A DNA stretch of 63,976 nt, counting the filler. It is 5 parts of 5 records of this genome, joined end to end, with 100 filler letters (N's around TTAATTAATTAA, not from the genome) between each part and the next. Parts side by side here need not be neighbours in the genome. Positions count along the whole stretch, not along the records: positions 44,128 to 56,051 come from SRR20825010_169; positions 56,152 to 60,861 come from SRR20825010_177; 3 more parts are not named here. One strand, given 5' to 3'. A program made the translations under genes and the position numbers. The notes beneath the pieces were generated by a model. The model did not search any database, was not told the origin of the DNA, and was given only the letters and a program-made list of their open reading frames with translations. Shown here piece after piece: positions 49,649 to 59,441 of the stretch (within the stretch, counting starts at the first letter, position 1; each line of letters begins with the position of its first letter).

Positions 49649-50595
49649 CAACAGAGGAGAAACTCATGCATTTCAAGAAATTCGCCATCGCCACTGTGAC
49701 GGCGCTCGGCCTGGCCTCCACGGCACCGGCTGAAACCCTGACCTTTGTCACCTCAACGCCGGGTGGATCGTGGTATCCCGCAGGCGGCGCCATCAAGACC
49801 GCCGTCGAGGATCTTTTCGACGACATCCAGATCAACATCCGCCCGGGTGGCGGCCTGGCGAACATCAAATCCATCAGCCTCAAAAAGGCTGATCTGGGGC
49901 TATCCAGCACGATTTCCGCAGTTGATGCACACTTGGGCAACCCCCCATTCGATGAACCTGTTACGAATATCTGCAACGTCGCCTACCTGTACCCACAAGT
50001 CTTGCAAGTTCCCGTACGGACAGATTCCGGCATCGAAAGCTTCGAAGATTTTGCGGGCAAACGATTTTCCGTTGCCCCTCCCGGCACGACCGCAGAACAG
50101 ATCTTGCGCATGGTTCTCGAGTCCGCTGGGCTGACTTACGATGACCTTGATCAAATCAACTTCTCGTCCGTTTCGGATCAATCCAACATGATGAAGGACG
50201 GTCAAATCGACAGCGTCTTTCTCACGACAGGCGTTCCGGCAAGTCTAATCATGGACGTAGGCTCCGCCCGTGACCTGCGGCTCCTGCCAATATCCGATGA
50301 AGCGTTCGCATTTCTGAAAGAGAAAAACGCCGGCTTCCAACGGACAACTATTCCCGGTGGCATCTACAAAGGTATGGACGAACCTGTGCAATCGGCCAGC
50401 TTCGGCACGCATGTGATCGCCGACTGCGATCTGGATGAAGAGGTGGTCTACAAAATCACCAAGGCGATTTACGAACGGCTGTCCGACCTTGGTCTTGCCG
50501 TCGCAGCACTCAGGAACACGACACCTGAGATGGTTCGCCAAGATGTCGGCATCCCGCAACACCGCGGGTCGGCGAAGTTCTTTTCCGAACTATAA
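49645..50595 (+). CDS. TAXI family TRAP solute-binding protein
   Basis: Signal peptide, TSTPGGSWYP.G, GG.AN, C-terminal IPQHRGSAKFF; start may be ATG 49666. Confidence 0.9.
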   Translation: MTTEEKLMHFKKFAIATVTALGLASTAPAETLTFVTSTPGGSWYPAGGAIKTAVEDLFDDIQINIRPGGGLANIKSISLKKADLGLSSTISAVDAHLGNPPFDEPVTNICNVAYLYPQVLQVPVRTDSGIESFEDFAGKRFSVAPPGTTAEQILRMVLESAGLTYDDLDQINFSSVSDQSNMMKDGQIDSVFLTTGVPASLIMDVGSARDLRLLPISDEAFAFLKEKNAGFQRTTIPGGIYKGMDEPVQSASFGTHVIADCDLDEEVVYKITKAIYERLSDLGLAVAALRNTTPEMVRQDVGIPQHRGSAKFFSEL

Positions 50596-50602
50596 AGCTG
50601 AC

Positions 50603-50628
50603 AGCGTGGTCCCCTAGGGGACCACGCT
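50603..50628. repeat. Perfect 26-bp palindrome after the TAXI gene (possible terminator)
   Basis: AGCGTGGTCCCCTAGGGGACCACGCT is its own reverse complement. Confidence 0.75.
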
Positions 50629-50736
50629 AACTTTTACGGCACCTGTCTTGACCAATGCATTCGGAAGAACCTTCGACGCCAGCGAAATTGAGTGGCGGCT
50701 GACTGTCCCAATCATTCACTCTCAACGATCCATGCA

Positions 50737-50767
50737 TTCTTCTGCCATATTTCTTCTGCCATATTTC
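50737..50767. repeat. 14-bp tandem duplication
   Basis: TTCTTCTGCCATAT twice, plus TTC. Confidence 0.8.
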
Positions 50768-50855
50768 AGAATGGCGCTGAACGTCGGTTCCGTCCCGTGA
50801 TCGCTGATCGTTGTGCAGACATAGCCGAGATAGCCGTTTTGCGATCAACCCCGCA

Positions 50856-51704
50856 TCAAAGTTCGGCACGGCTGTAGTCCTCTGTTCCCTGAAGGTCGTG
50901 GCGGATCACGTCGACCAGCCACCCGGTCATCAGATCGTAGACCAGTTCGCCCCGGTCTGCGGTGGCCAGTTGCGGATCACCCGTTACACCAGAGGTGAAG
51001 CCCTGAAAGTAGGGCTCCGCCATCTTGAAACGTCCAACCCCACCACCAAGATAGGGCAACGCATCTGCCTCTGGTTGGTTTTCGGAGATGGTCGGGTGCC
51101 ACGGTTCGGCCTTTTCCATGCGGCACAAATGCGGTGCTGTGGCCAGCATCCGGCAGGTTTCGCCCTCGCCGCCGTGACCATCCTGCGCCTGCGCTTCCAT
51201 GTACTTTGAATAGCGCGGCCGCGCGCCGACGAGCCAATTCAACGTTACCACATTCGCCTCTGTGGTTTCGCAAAGGCTTTTGGCGACGATCTGCATGGGT
51301 GCGTCGCTCTCTGCATGAAACCCAAGGAAGTACACCCGACGAAACCCTTGGTCGATGATTTCCCGGCCGATCTCTTCGAGCACCTTCATAAAGGTGCTGG
51401 CTGACAGATTCACGTTGCCTGGCAGCTTGATGGGGGTCTCACTCAGAAAGCCACGCGGGCCAAAGGGGATTGCCGGGCCGACGATGGCCGGGTGCCCCTC
51501 GGCATGCAGCCGGGCAACTGTGCGGCGGGCCAGTTCGATCCCCTGCATTGTGTCGGCGCCCAAAGGTAAATGCGCGCCATGCTGCTCAGTCGCGCCCAGC
51601 GAAATCAAGATGACCGCGTTTTCTTTGATCGCGGCCCCGATCTCGACGGAGGTCATCTCGTCAAAGGTAGGTACGGCGTGATGTTTCGGACTCTGTTCAC
51701 TCAT
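50856..51704 (-). CDS. Creatininase family amidohydrolase (paralog 2)
   Basis: EQHGAHLPLGAD, GFHAES, HGGEGET, GVTGDP; ATG 51704 preferred. Confidence 0.88.
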   Translation of the reverse strand: MSEQSPKHHAVPTFDEMTSVEIGAAIKENAVILISLGATEQHGAHLPLGADTMQGIELARRTVARLHAEGHPAIVGPAIPFGPRGFLSETPIKLPGNVNLSASTFMKVLEEIGREIIDQGFRRVYFLGFHAESDAPMQIVAKSLCETTEANVVTLNWLVGARPRYSKYMEAQAQDGHGGEGETCRMLATAPHLCRMEKAEPWHPTISENQPEADALPYLGGGVGRFKMAEPYFQGFTSGVTGDPQLATADRGELVYDLMTGWLVDVIRHDLQGTEDYSRAEL

Positions 51705-51732
51705 CGAGTACCCTTTCCCTGCACGGCCGGCC

Positions 51733-52575
51733 TCATGCCGATTGCCACATGGCATGTTCCTTGCGGATCACTTCGCAGAGCCAATCGTCGATAATACGAT
51801 AGTAGGCCTCGCCGCTCTCTGCCGTTGCGTATTCTGGATCGCCCCACAGCCCGTCCTCGAACCCTTCGAAAACCTGCGGTGGGTATTTGTAGCGGCCTAT
51901 GGCACCGCCAAGGTAGGGCATCTTGTCATGCGCAGCAGGATCCGCGGGCAGCGCCGGGCGATAACTGACATACTTGTCGGTCCGCACCAGATGCGGGGCA
52001 GAGGCCAGCATCCGGGCGGTTTCCCCTTCACCCGCATGCCCCTGAGAGCCGGGCGCACGCTTGACCGTTCCGTATTTCGGCTGCGTACCGATCAGCCATT
52101 GCACCGACAGGACAGAAGCATCGGTTTCCTCAGACACTTCTTTGGCTGCGATTTGCAGCACAGGGTCGCTTTCCGCATGACCGCAGACGAGGTAGATCAC
52201 TTTGAATCCTTGCCGCGCCAACTCATGGCAGATGTCCCGTGTCAGAGACAGCAGCGTGGCGTGGGAGACGTAGACTGAACCGGGAAAGTCTATCGGGCTT
52301 TCGCTTTGCACAGCAGAGGGGCCAAAAGGCACCGCCGGTCCGACAATAAGGGGCACACCCTCATGGTTCAGCGTCGCCGCCGCGCGCCGGGCGATATCTA
52401 CGCTCTGATAGGTGTCGGTCCCCAGCGGTAGGTGCCCGGCGTGTTGTTCCGTCGCGCCAAAGGGGACGATTACATGGGCCCCGGCTTTGGCCGCCGCTGA
52501 CACGTCATGTGACGTGAGTTCGTCAAAGATCGGGATATCGCGCCATGTGGCGGTCTCAGGATAGGGGAAAGTCAT
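51733..52575 (-). CDS. Creatininase family amidohydrolase (paralog 1)
   Basis: EQHAGHLPLGTD, CGHAES, HAGEGET, GLWGDP. Confidence 0.88.
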   Translation of the reverse strand: MTFPYPETATWRDIPIFDELTSHDVSAAAKAGAHVIVPFGATEQHAGHLPLGTDTYQSVDIARRAAATLNHEGVPLIVGPAVPFGPSAVQSESPIDFPGSVYVSHATLLSLTRDICHELARQGFKVIYLVCGHAESDPVLQIAAKEVSEETDASVLSVQWLIGTQPKYGTVKRAPGSQGHAGEGETARMLASAPHLVRTDKYVSYRPALPADPAAHDKMPYLGGAIGRYKYPPQVFEGFEDGLWGDPEYATAESGEAYYRIIDDWLCEVIRKEHAMWQSA

Positions 52576-52593
52576 GTCAGTGTCCTCATATCG

Positions 52594-54117
52594 TCAATTC
52601 AAATCTGGGTCAGGGCCGCTGGCGGGTGGCAGCGGGACCGCACCAGCCTGCGGAAAGGGGGATAGGGCAGAGCAGAAGCGACCAACGATCGGTTGCAGTT
52701 TCCGAAACAGGGCCGCATTACCCGTGTTCATGGCGTCAAGTCGGGCGACCGCATCGGACACCTGCCGTTGCAACCGGGCCAGATCGACCGTCAGCAACTG
52801 ACGGTCTCGCACGACCATACGACCGTCGATCATCACATGCCGGACAGCGGTTGCGTCTTCCGCCTGAACCAGTTGCATCGTCACGTTGCGCAACGGCATC
52901 CAGTGCACCCATCCAAGATCCAGAAAGACGATATCTGCCGCGCGCCCCTCTTCCAGTCGCCCGATTTCGGGCATTTGCAAAGCTGCTGCGCCGCCCTCGG
53001 TCGCAGCGCGCGCAGCCTCAGTGCTGGTCACCCAACGGGCAGGATCCGGCGACTGGACATGTGACAAGTATCCCGCAAGGCGCGTCACTTCGTACATGTT
53101 TTGGTGGTCCGAGCAGGAGGCGCTGTCGGTGCCAAGGCTGACGGTCATTCCACCGTCCAACAGCGCGCGCATCCGCGGCAGTCCAGAGCCCAGTCTCAAG
53201 TTCGAACTGGGATTGAGAACGGCGGTCACCCCGGCCTCTGCCAGCAGTGCGATGTCCCGCTCATTCAGCCAAACCGCATGCGCCACCGACAGGGTATCAC
53301 CCAGCACCCCAAGATCAAAAAGATGCTCTGTCAGGGATCGCCCCCAACGGTGGCGGGCGGTCACTTCTTGAATGCGTGTTTCGGACAGGTGGGTCTGGAT
53401 AGGCAGGTTCCGCTCCCGCGCCATACGCCCTGCCCCGACCATGAACGCGTCACTGCATAGCAGCGGCACGGTCGGGCCCAACCCGAACGCAATCCGGTCG
53501 CGGTCAAAAGGCCAAGCGTCGTCTATTTCGGCCAATCGCGCCAGCAGAGCGTCAGCGGTTGGCGCCGTCCAGGGCGCAATCTCGTTGCGCAGTGCATCAG
53601 GAATAGCATCCAGCAGTCCCGGCACCGAAGCCAGAAAACTGCCATCTGCCACCATGGGCGCCACTACCGCGCGCATGCCCACATCGCTATAGGCACGCCC
53701 GGCGGTAACCATTCCCTCCTGCGAGGCCGTCGGGAATTCCCAGAACAGATCATAGCAAGCGGTACAGCCCTTCAGAACCATTTCCGCCGCACCAACCAGC
53801 GTCGAGAGGTACTTGTCCTCGTGGCGCCGGTTGCCGTTGAACCAAAAGCTGCCCGCCAGCAGGGTCTCTAGCGTCAGGTCATCGGTCAGCCCGCGCGAAA
53901 AGTGGCCGTGGCCGTGCGTATGGCCGTTCACCAACCCGGGATGCAGCAGGCACCCGGCGGCGTCGATTACGGCACACCCCTCTGGCATGTCCATGCCCGG
54001 GGGGCCGATCCGGGCAATGCGGCCACCTTCGACAAGGATGTCTGCGGCGGGCGCCATGTCGGCACCGGGGCGCAACAGGCGCCCGCCCCGGATCATCGTA
54101 GAGCGGCGAGCAGTCAT
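52594..54117 (-). CDS. Metal-dependent amidohydrolase, COG0402 deaminase/AtzA-like group
   Basis: PGLVNGHTH (HxH), HLSE (HxxE), AHAVWL, NPSSNLRLGSG, LGTD, GRLEEGRAAD. Confidence 0.88.
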   Translation of the reverse strand: MTARRSTMIRGGRLLRPGADMAPAADILVEGGRIARIGPPGMDMPEGCAVIDAAGCLLHPGLVNGHTHGHGHFSRGLTDDLTLETLLAGSFWFNGNRRHEDKYLSTLVGAAEMVLKGCTACYDLFWEFPTASQEGMVTAGRAYSDVGMRAVVAPMVADGSFLASVPGLLDAIPDALRNEIAPWTAPTADALLARLAEIDDAWPFDRDRIAFGLGPTVPLLCSDAFMVGAGRMARERNLPIQTHLSETRIQEVTARHRWGRSLTEHLFDLGVLGDTLSVAHAVWLNERDIALLAEAGVTAVLNPSSNLRLGSGLPRMRALLDGGMTVSLGTDSASCSDHQNMYEVTRLAGYLSHVQSPDPARWVTSTEAARAATEGGAAALQMPEIGRLEEGRAADIVFLDLGWVHWMPLRNVTMQLVQAEDATAVRHVMIDGRMVVRDRQLLTVDLARLQRQVSDAVARLDAMNTGNAALFRKLQPIVGRFCSALSPFPQAGAVPLPPASGPDPDLN

Positions 54118-54181
54118 TTGTACCCCCGCCGGGTCCGGGCGCCGATCCGGCGCCGGCAGGCCCCGGCAGCGCCCGGGGCAA

Positions 54182-55300
54182 TCAAGAGATTGTCTCGATG
54201 TAGCGGTTCAGCACCTCGGCAGAGTTCTCGGCATACCATTCGGAATCCGCCGAGATCTGCTTGGCGTAGTTTTCTGGAGACCCCGGATCCAACGGCTTCA
54301 GCTCATCGGGGACCATGGGTGCAGCCTCGGGGTTCACAGGGCCGTTGCCCAAAAGCTCGAACAGCACGACCTGCGCCGCCGGGTCCTGCATTGAGGCAAT
54401 CAGATCGAACACCGCGCTGCCCGCGGGGTTCCCCTTCATCACGATCCATGCGCCGGGCCAGACGATCCCCTGATTATAAGTGAATTCGATCTCGGCATCG
54501 GTTTCGCGGCGCACCACGCTGGCGCGGGTGTTGAACATGTTGCCCATCACGACCTCACGGTCGCGGAACAATTGCTGGCTCTCGGAACCAGACCCCCAGA
54601 AAATCGTGCTCTCCTTGATTTCGGCGATCTTGGCCAGCGCGCGGTCCACATCGATCGGATAGATATCCTCGGGCGCGACCCCGTCGGCAAGCAGAGCGGC
54701 CTCCAGTTGGCCGTCGATATGGCGGCGCAGGGTGCGGGTGCCGGGATAGTCGGCGAGGTTCCAGAAATCCGCCCAGCCCGCTGGTTCCCAGTCGGGAAAG
54801 ACCGTGGTGTCCCAGCAGATAACGTTGGAAAAGATATAGCTGCCCACGCCCCATTGCCCTGCGTGTTCCGGGCGGACCTTGTTGCGGTCGACGATTGAGT
54901 AGTCGATCTCTTCCAGCAGGCCTTGTCGGCCCAACTCCAGCGACGCTGGGATATTGCGATCCGCCACGTCCCAGGTCACAGCGCCGCTGTCCACCATACT
55001 CTTGATCGCGCCGGAGGACGGGCCCGCCCCGTCTACATAGACTGTATGCTCGGGGTCGGCCTGCATGAATGGTTCGGCAAATGCCTCGGTCATGGCTGTG
55101 ACCGCATCGCCGCCCCAGTTAACCAACACAATCTCGCGCCCTTGCGCCAAGGCCGGTGTCATGCGGAACGCACCCGCCGAGACGCCGAGCGCCCCAAGCA
55201 CGTTCAGGAAAGTTCGGCGGTTCATCAGCTTACCGTCGGTCATCTGGCGGAAACGTTCGACGCGGGTTTCGGTTTCGGAGGTCAGTATCCTGTTTCTCAT
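54182..55300 (-). CDS. ABC substrate-binding protein, PotD/PotF-like, Tat-exported
   Basis: NRRTFL twin-arginine signal, NWGG, VTWDV, WADFW...PG.RTL, LEAALLADGV; ATG 55300 preferred over 55498. Confidence 0.85.
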   Translation of the reverse strand: MRNRILTSETETRVERFRQMTDGKLMNRRTFLNVLGALGVSAGAFRMTPALAQGREIVLVNWGGDAVTAMTEAFAEPFMQADPEHTVYVDGAGPSSGAIKSMVDSGAVTWDVADRNIPASLELGRQGLLEEIDYSIVDRNKVRPEHAGQWGVGSYIFSNVICWDTTVFPDWEPAGWADFWNLADYPGTRTLRRHIDGQLEAALLADGVAPEDIYPIDVDRALAKIAEIKESTIFWGSGSESQQLFRDREVVMGNMFNTRASVVRRETDAEIEFTYNQGIVWPGAWIVMKGNPAGSAVFDLIASMQDPAAQVVLFELLGNGPVNPEAAPMVPDELKPLDPGSPENYAKQISADSEWYAENSAEVLNRYIETIS

Positions 55301-55343
55301 GGAAAATTTCCCTATCTGTCTGGTTGAAGTTTGCCTGCAGTTA

Positions 55344-56051
55344 TTATCTGTCGTCGCGCACGATGCGGCCCGCGTCCTCTGCCCAGCCCAGCCAAAGGGG
55401 TTGGCCAACCTTTGGCTCGAACGCCGCTTGCCATGTGGGCAATTGCACATGGAATTCACCAAGGTCGGTTGCGACGCGGCAACTGATGCTCGACCCAAGA
55501 TAACTCCACGCCGTCAGCCGCCCGGGCAGGCCCGGTCCCTGCCCGGCATCGGGCAATACGGTGATTTTCTCGGGGCGGATGGCGAGAATCGCGGCTTTGC
55601 CTTCTGCCGGGGCGGCAAGGTCGGGCGAGACCGGCACCACCTGCCCACCAGCCTGGATGACGGGTTGGCCATCACGTTGAGCCATGACCCCCTCGACGTA
55701 GTTGCTACGTCCAAGGAAGTCGGCAATGAAATGGGTCTTGGGTCGGTCGTACAGTTCTGCCGGAGAGCCGCATTGCACCACTTCACCCGCGCGGATGATG
55801 GCGATCTGGTCCGACATGGACAACGCTTCTTCCTGATCGTGGGTGACGTAGACAAAGGTCACCCCAAGCCGCGCGTGCAGCTCTTTCAGTTCCCATTGCA
55901 GGTCAGCGCGCAAAGACTTGTCCAGCGCTGACAGGGGTTCGTCCAGCAACAGCACCCCTGGCTCAAAAACCAGCGCCCGGGCAAGAGCCACCCGCTGCTG
56001 CTGACCGCCAGACAACTGTCTCGGGTAGCGGTCCGCCAGATGGGCCAACTG
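55344..56051 (-). CDS. PotA-like ABC ATPase, 3' part (5' truncated)
   Basis: [39 protein letters not shown]-like C-terminus. Confidence 0.9.
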   Translation of the reverse strand, partial: QLAHLADRYPRQLSGGQQQRVALARALVFEPGVLLLDEPLSALDKSLRADLQWELKELHARLGVTFVYVTHDQEEALSMSDQIAIIRAGEVVQCGSPAELYDRPKTHFIADFLGRSNYVEGVMAQRDGQPVIQAGGQVVPVSPDLAAPAEGKAAILAIRPEKITVLPDAGQGPGLPGRLTAWSYLGSSISCRVATDLGEFHVQLPTWQAAFEPKVGQPLWLGWAEDAGRIVRDDR

Positions 56052-56151
56052 NNNNNNNNNNNNNNNNNNNNNNNNNNNNNNNNNNNNNNNNNNNNTTAAT
56101 TAATTAANNNNNNNNNNNNNNNNNNNNNNNNNNNNNNNNNNNNNNNNNNNN
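56052..56151. other. Artificial contig spacer
   Basis: 44 N + TTAATTAATTAA + 44 N. Confidence 0.97.
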
Positions 56152-57107
56152 AAAGCAATATATTTTGCTTGATAAGGGTTAGATACGTCAAACGCATCCG
56201 GGAAATCAACGGGTAGAATCAATTTGGCATTAGTGGCTTTGATTTCCTCGATGCGCTCGTATTCATCACCACCGCCTAAAATGGTGTACTGTATTCCAAA
56301 AAGGTCACCGATTTTATCGGCTCTCAATACGTTGCCATTATCACCGGCAACATAAATCTGGGTTAGTCCTTTATTGGCAATAAGTGCTTCCAAAGAACGA
56401 TCTTTGGTGTCCACATTGCCCTTGCTGTACCAATCCATATCATAATATACCTGTCTCATTAGGGCCATTGCGCCCATCAATGAACCTGGGTATGATTGTC
56501 TGGATGCTTGGCTTTTCTCAAAAGAAAAGTATTGTGCCGATTTATCGGAAAGGATACGTTGGGCTTCGGAAGCTTCGTCGTTCAGAGCGACCAAAACTCC
56601 TGTTCCTCTGGCAATACCATCTTCAATATGGGCATTGATGGTTCCAAAACCGGCATTTCTCAACTCCTCGGCCTGTTTTTTATCATACTCAAAACTGCTG
56701 ATGGCATCGTTTTCCGGCATAATGTGGTCGTTCCAATAAAACCCTTCCCTGGATGGGCCATATTGTGCAGACCTTCCGCCGCCACTGGCTTCTTTGGGAA
56801 GTTTTACCCCAAAACCGGAAAGCACATCGATAAACGAGGGGTAAATGGACTTACCGCTCATATCCTCGACCACTGCATTTTTTGGGATGTTTACGGATTT
56901 ACCAACTTGTACTACTTTACCATTCTGGATCAGCAAAGTACCCTTGTTGATAACTTGGGTCGGGGTTACATAGATCTTGGCATTGGTAAATGCCGTGTAA
57001 TTGTTGTTTTTCTTTGCCTTTACACCGTCATTGATTGGAAAGTAATCCTGTGCAAACAAAGAAACGCTGCCTACAAAGAATAGCAGCGCTAAAAGTTTAA
57101 GTTTCAT
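56152..57107 (-). CDS. Secreted amidohydrolase-family protein, 5' part
   Basis: Signal peptide, NAKIY, GKSIYPSFID, YPGSLMGAMAL; resembles the Bacteroidota long amidohydrolases; truncated. Confidence 0.75.
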
Positions 57108-57166
57108 AAGGTTTGAATTGAATTAGTCGGTTTAAATATAACGCAACTTCAAGGACTCTACAAGTC

Positions 57167-58240
57167 TTATTGAATACCGATTTGTTGTTTTCTGTAGTTG
57201 ATAATAAGACCTACGACCGCATTGTAACTTTTGATGCCATCTTTTTGGTTGTTCGCCTTTAAAAAAGTGTTGAACACGGATTTGAATATGGGTTCCATAG
57301 GATTCTCATATTTTTTCCAAAACTCGCGTAATTCATTAAAATTTTCTTTTACCCCCATGTTGATGGTGCCCACAATCTCATTATACTTTTCTTCATCCTT
57401 ATGAAAAAGGTCGGTAAGGCAGTATCCTAGGGCGTGGTTATAAGCAGAGTATTTAAAGTAGGTGTCATTGCTCTGTGATGTGACCAAATAGCCAATAAAA
57501 TTAGTGGCTCCCTCAGCTGAGTACCCTAGTTGATGGCCTACTTCGTGACAGCTTACGGTGGGCAGTCTAAATTTTGGGGTAGCGCCATTCACTTGTGCCT
57601 CATTGGTAAAAGGGTTCAGGTAGCCGCCATATCCCATAAAAGTTAAGGGTATGCTATAAATGGATGATTTTAGACTGAGATGTTGATATCCGAAATCGGG
57701 ATATTGCTCTGCAAAGTTGACATAGGCTTCTTCGGTTTTGGCAAAGATTTCCTTTTTTGAGTAGGGGATATGGACAGGAGAGATGGTATCTCCGGTAAGT
57801 TCCATTTGATATTGATTCGTTTGTTTTACAATGAACCGTGTCAATTCAACCAGTTCGTCGACCGTATATTCATGTTCAAGGTTGAGCTTCCAAGTGATGG
57901 GTTGGCGGTGGTAGTTCATGCCCCAAAGCAGATGAAAAAGAAAGAATACTACGGAAAGTGAGACGACAATATCCTTTAGGAAAAAAAGAGGTCTTTGCTT
58001 GATGCTTCTCCAGTTTTTATAGATATACCGGATGGCCACCAGTACAATTAAGGTATAGAGTATGTCCCCAAATGAAAATGGAATCCAGCCAAAAAGTATT
58101 CTTAGAAAACTTGAGATGTAGGGATATATTCCATTACTGTAATACGCTTCAACAATGTTGGGATAACTACCTATCCATTTGACCAAAATGATTTGAACTG
58201 GGAGTGCAATCGCAATAATTGTCTTGGTTTTTTGTCTCAT
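57167..58240 (-). CDS. DUF3810 membrane protein with HExxH motif
   Basis: YSNGIYP, PFSFGD, WGMNYHR, GYLNPFTNEAQVN, CHEVGHQLG. Confidence 0.85.
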   Translation of the reverse strand: MRQKTKTIIAIALPVQIILVKWIGSYPNIVEAYYSNGIYPYISSFLRILFGWIPFSFGDILYTLIVLVAIRYIYKNWRSIKQRPLFFLKDIVVSLSVVFFLFHLLWGMNYHRQPITWKLNLEHEYTVDELVELTRFIVKQTNQYQMELTGDTISPVHIPYSKKEIFAKTEEAYVNFAEQYPDFGYQHLSLKSSIYSIPLTFMGYGGYLNPFTNEAQVNGATPKFRLPTVSCHEVGHQLGYSAEGATNFIGYLVTSQSNDTYFKYSAYNHALGYCLTDLFHKDEEKYNEIVGTINMGVKENFNELREFWKKYENPMEPIFKSVFNTFLKANNQKDGIKSYNAVVGLIINYRKQQIGIQ

Positions 58241-58270
58241 CAAAATTGAGCAGTTTGTTTTTACGGCAAA

Positions 58271-58304
58271 TAAAAAAGCCGCACGGAAAAGTACGGCTTT
58301 TTTT
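58271..58304. terminator. Intrinsic terminator (bidirectional shape) after the PPIase gene
   Basis: AAAAAAGCCGCAC-GGAAAA-GTACGGCTTTTTTT. Confidence 0.75.
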
Positions 58305-58326
58305 AAGTTATGCTTTTGGAATTTTA

Positions 58327-59430
58327 TTATTGGATTCCAACTATTTCTATATCAAAAACTAAGGTCGAACCACCAGGGATAGGACCGTAATCGTTGTCGC
58401 CATACCCTAAATGTGGAGGGATGAACAAACGAACTTTATCCCCAACTTTCATGGTCAACAATCCTTCACGGAAGCCTGCAGCCAATTGGGCATCTGGGCT
58501 GTAGTCCATAGGAAATGGACGATATCCGCCCTGATCTCTCCTACCAGGGTTCAGTTGGTTGAATTGTTCAGCAATTTCTTGAATATTGCTGTCGAACAAA
58601 TCTGCGTTGAATAACCAACCTGCATAGTTTACCAATACTTTTTGACCTACTTTAGGCTGCTCGCCATCACCTTCCTTCAAGGTTAAAATTCGTAATCCAC
58701 TTGGAGTTTCCTCGGCCTGGTCGATTTGCTCAGCAAATTGGGCGGCCAAATCTTCCTTCATTTTTTTGAATGCGGCTTCCTCTAGTTTTGCTTCTTCAAA
58801 GTAGTCGCTCATTATTTTAACAGCGTCAAATTGTTTGGCATCCTTGCCGTTACGCACAATTTCTACGTGATTCATCACAACGTCTGTTTTTGGTCTGTCC
58901 TGAGCGCCGGTTTCAACGCTAGCAATTGTGTCCACAACGTCCATTCCCGCAACTACTTCACCAAAAACGGTGTGCTTGTCGTCCAACCAAGGCGTGGCCT
59001 TGTGGGTGATGAAAAATTGACTGCTATTGGTTTTAGGACCCCTGTTGGCCATGGAAAGGATACCTTTTTTGGAGTGTCTCAAGGAATCATTGAATTCATC
59101 TTTGAACGTGTATCCAATATTTCCGCTTCCACTTCCGGTTGGGTCTCCTCCTTGAATCATAAAATCTTTAATGACCCTATGAAAAACAATTCCATCATAG
59201 AATTTTTTATCCTTATACTCATCGTTTACAAATGGATTTTTTCCTTCTGCCAAGGATACAAAGTTGGCCACTGTAACAGGTGTTTTTTTGTATTCAAGCT
59301 GAATGATGATATCACCTTTAGTGGTTTGGATATCAGCAAAGATACCATCGCCCAAATCGGCATATTTGCTCGATTTGCACCCCATGATAACGAGGAGGAA
59401 TAATGGTATAATGTAAAATAATTTCTTCAT
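58327..59430 (-). CDS. Peptidyl-prolyl isomerase lipoprotein, cyclophilin + FKBP fusion
   Basis: Lipobox MGC; FHRVIKDFMIQGGDP, SMAN, SQFFIT (cyclophilin); VNYAG..FDS, IPPHLGYG, IPGGSTLVFDIE (FKBP). Confidence 0.92.
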   Translation of the reverse strand: MKKLFYIIPLFLLVIMGCKSSKYADLGDGIFADIQTTKGDIIIQLEYKKTPVTVANFVSLAEGKNPFVNDEYKDKKFYDGIVFHRVIKDFMIQGGDPTGSGSGNIGYTFKDEFNDSLRHSKKGILSMANRGPKTNSSQFFITHKATPWLDDKHTVFGEVVAGMDVVDTIASVETGAQDRPKTDVVMNHVEIVRNGKDAKQFDAVKIMSDYFEEAKLEEAAFKKMKEDLAAQFAEQIDQAEETPSGLRILTLKEGDGEQPKVGQKVLVNYAGWLFNADLFDSNIQEIAEQFNQLNPGRRDQGGYRPFPMDYSPDAQLAAGFREGLLTMKVGDKVRLFIPPHLGYGDNDYGPIPGGSTLVFDIEIVGIQ

Positions 59431-59441
59431 GGTTAATGAAT

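Noticed and set aside
54118..54181. Two GC-rich hairpins before the deaminase, considered as a guanidine-II riboswitch
   Set aside because: The loops lack the ACGR tetraloop; more likely mRNA-stabilising stems after the binding-protein gene.
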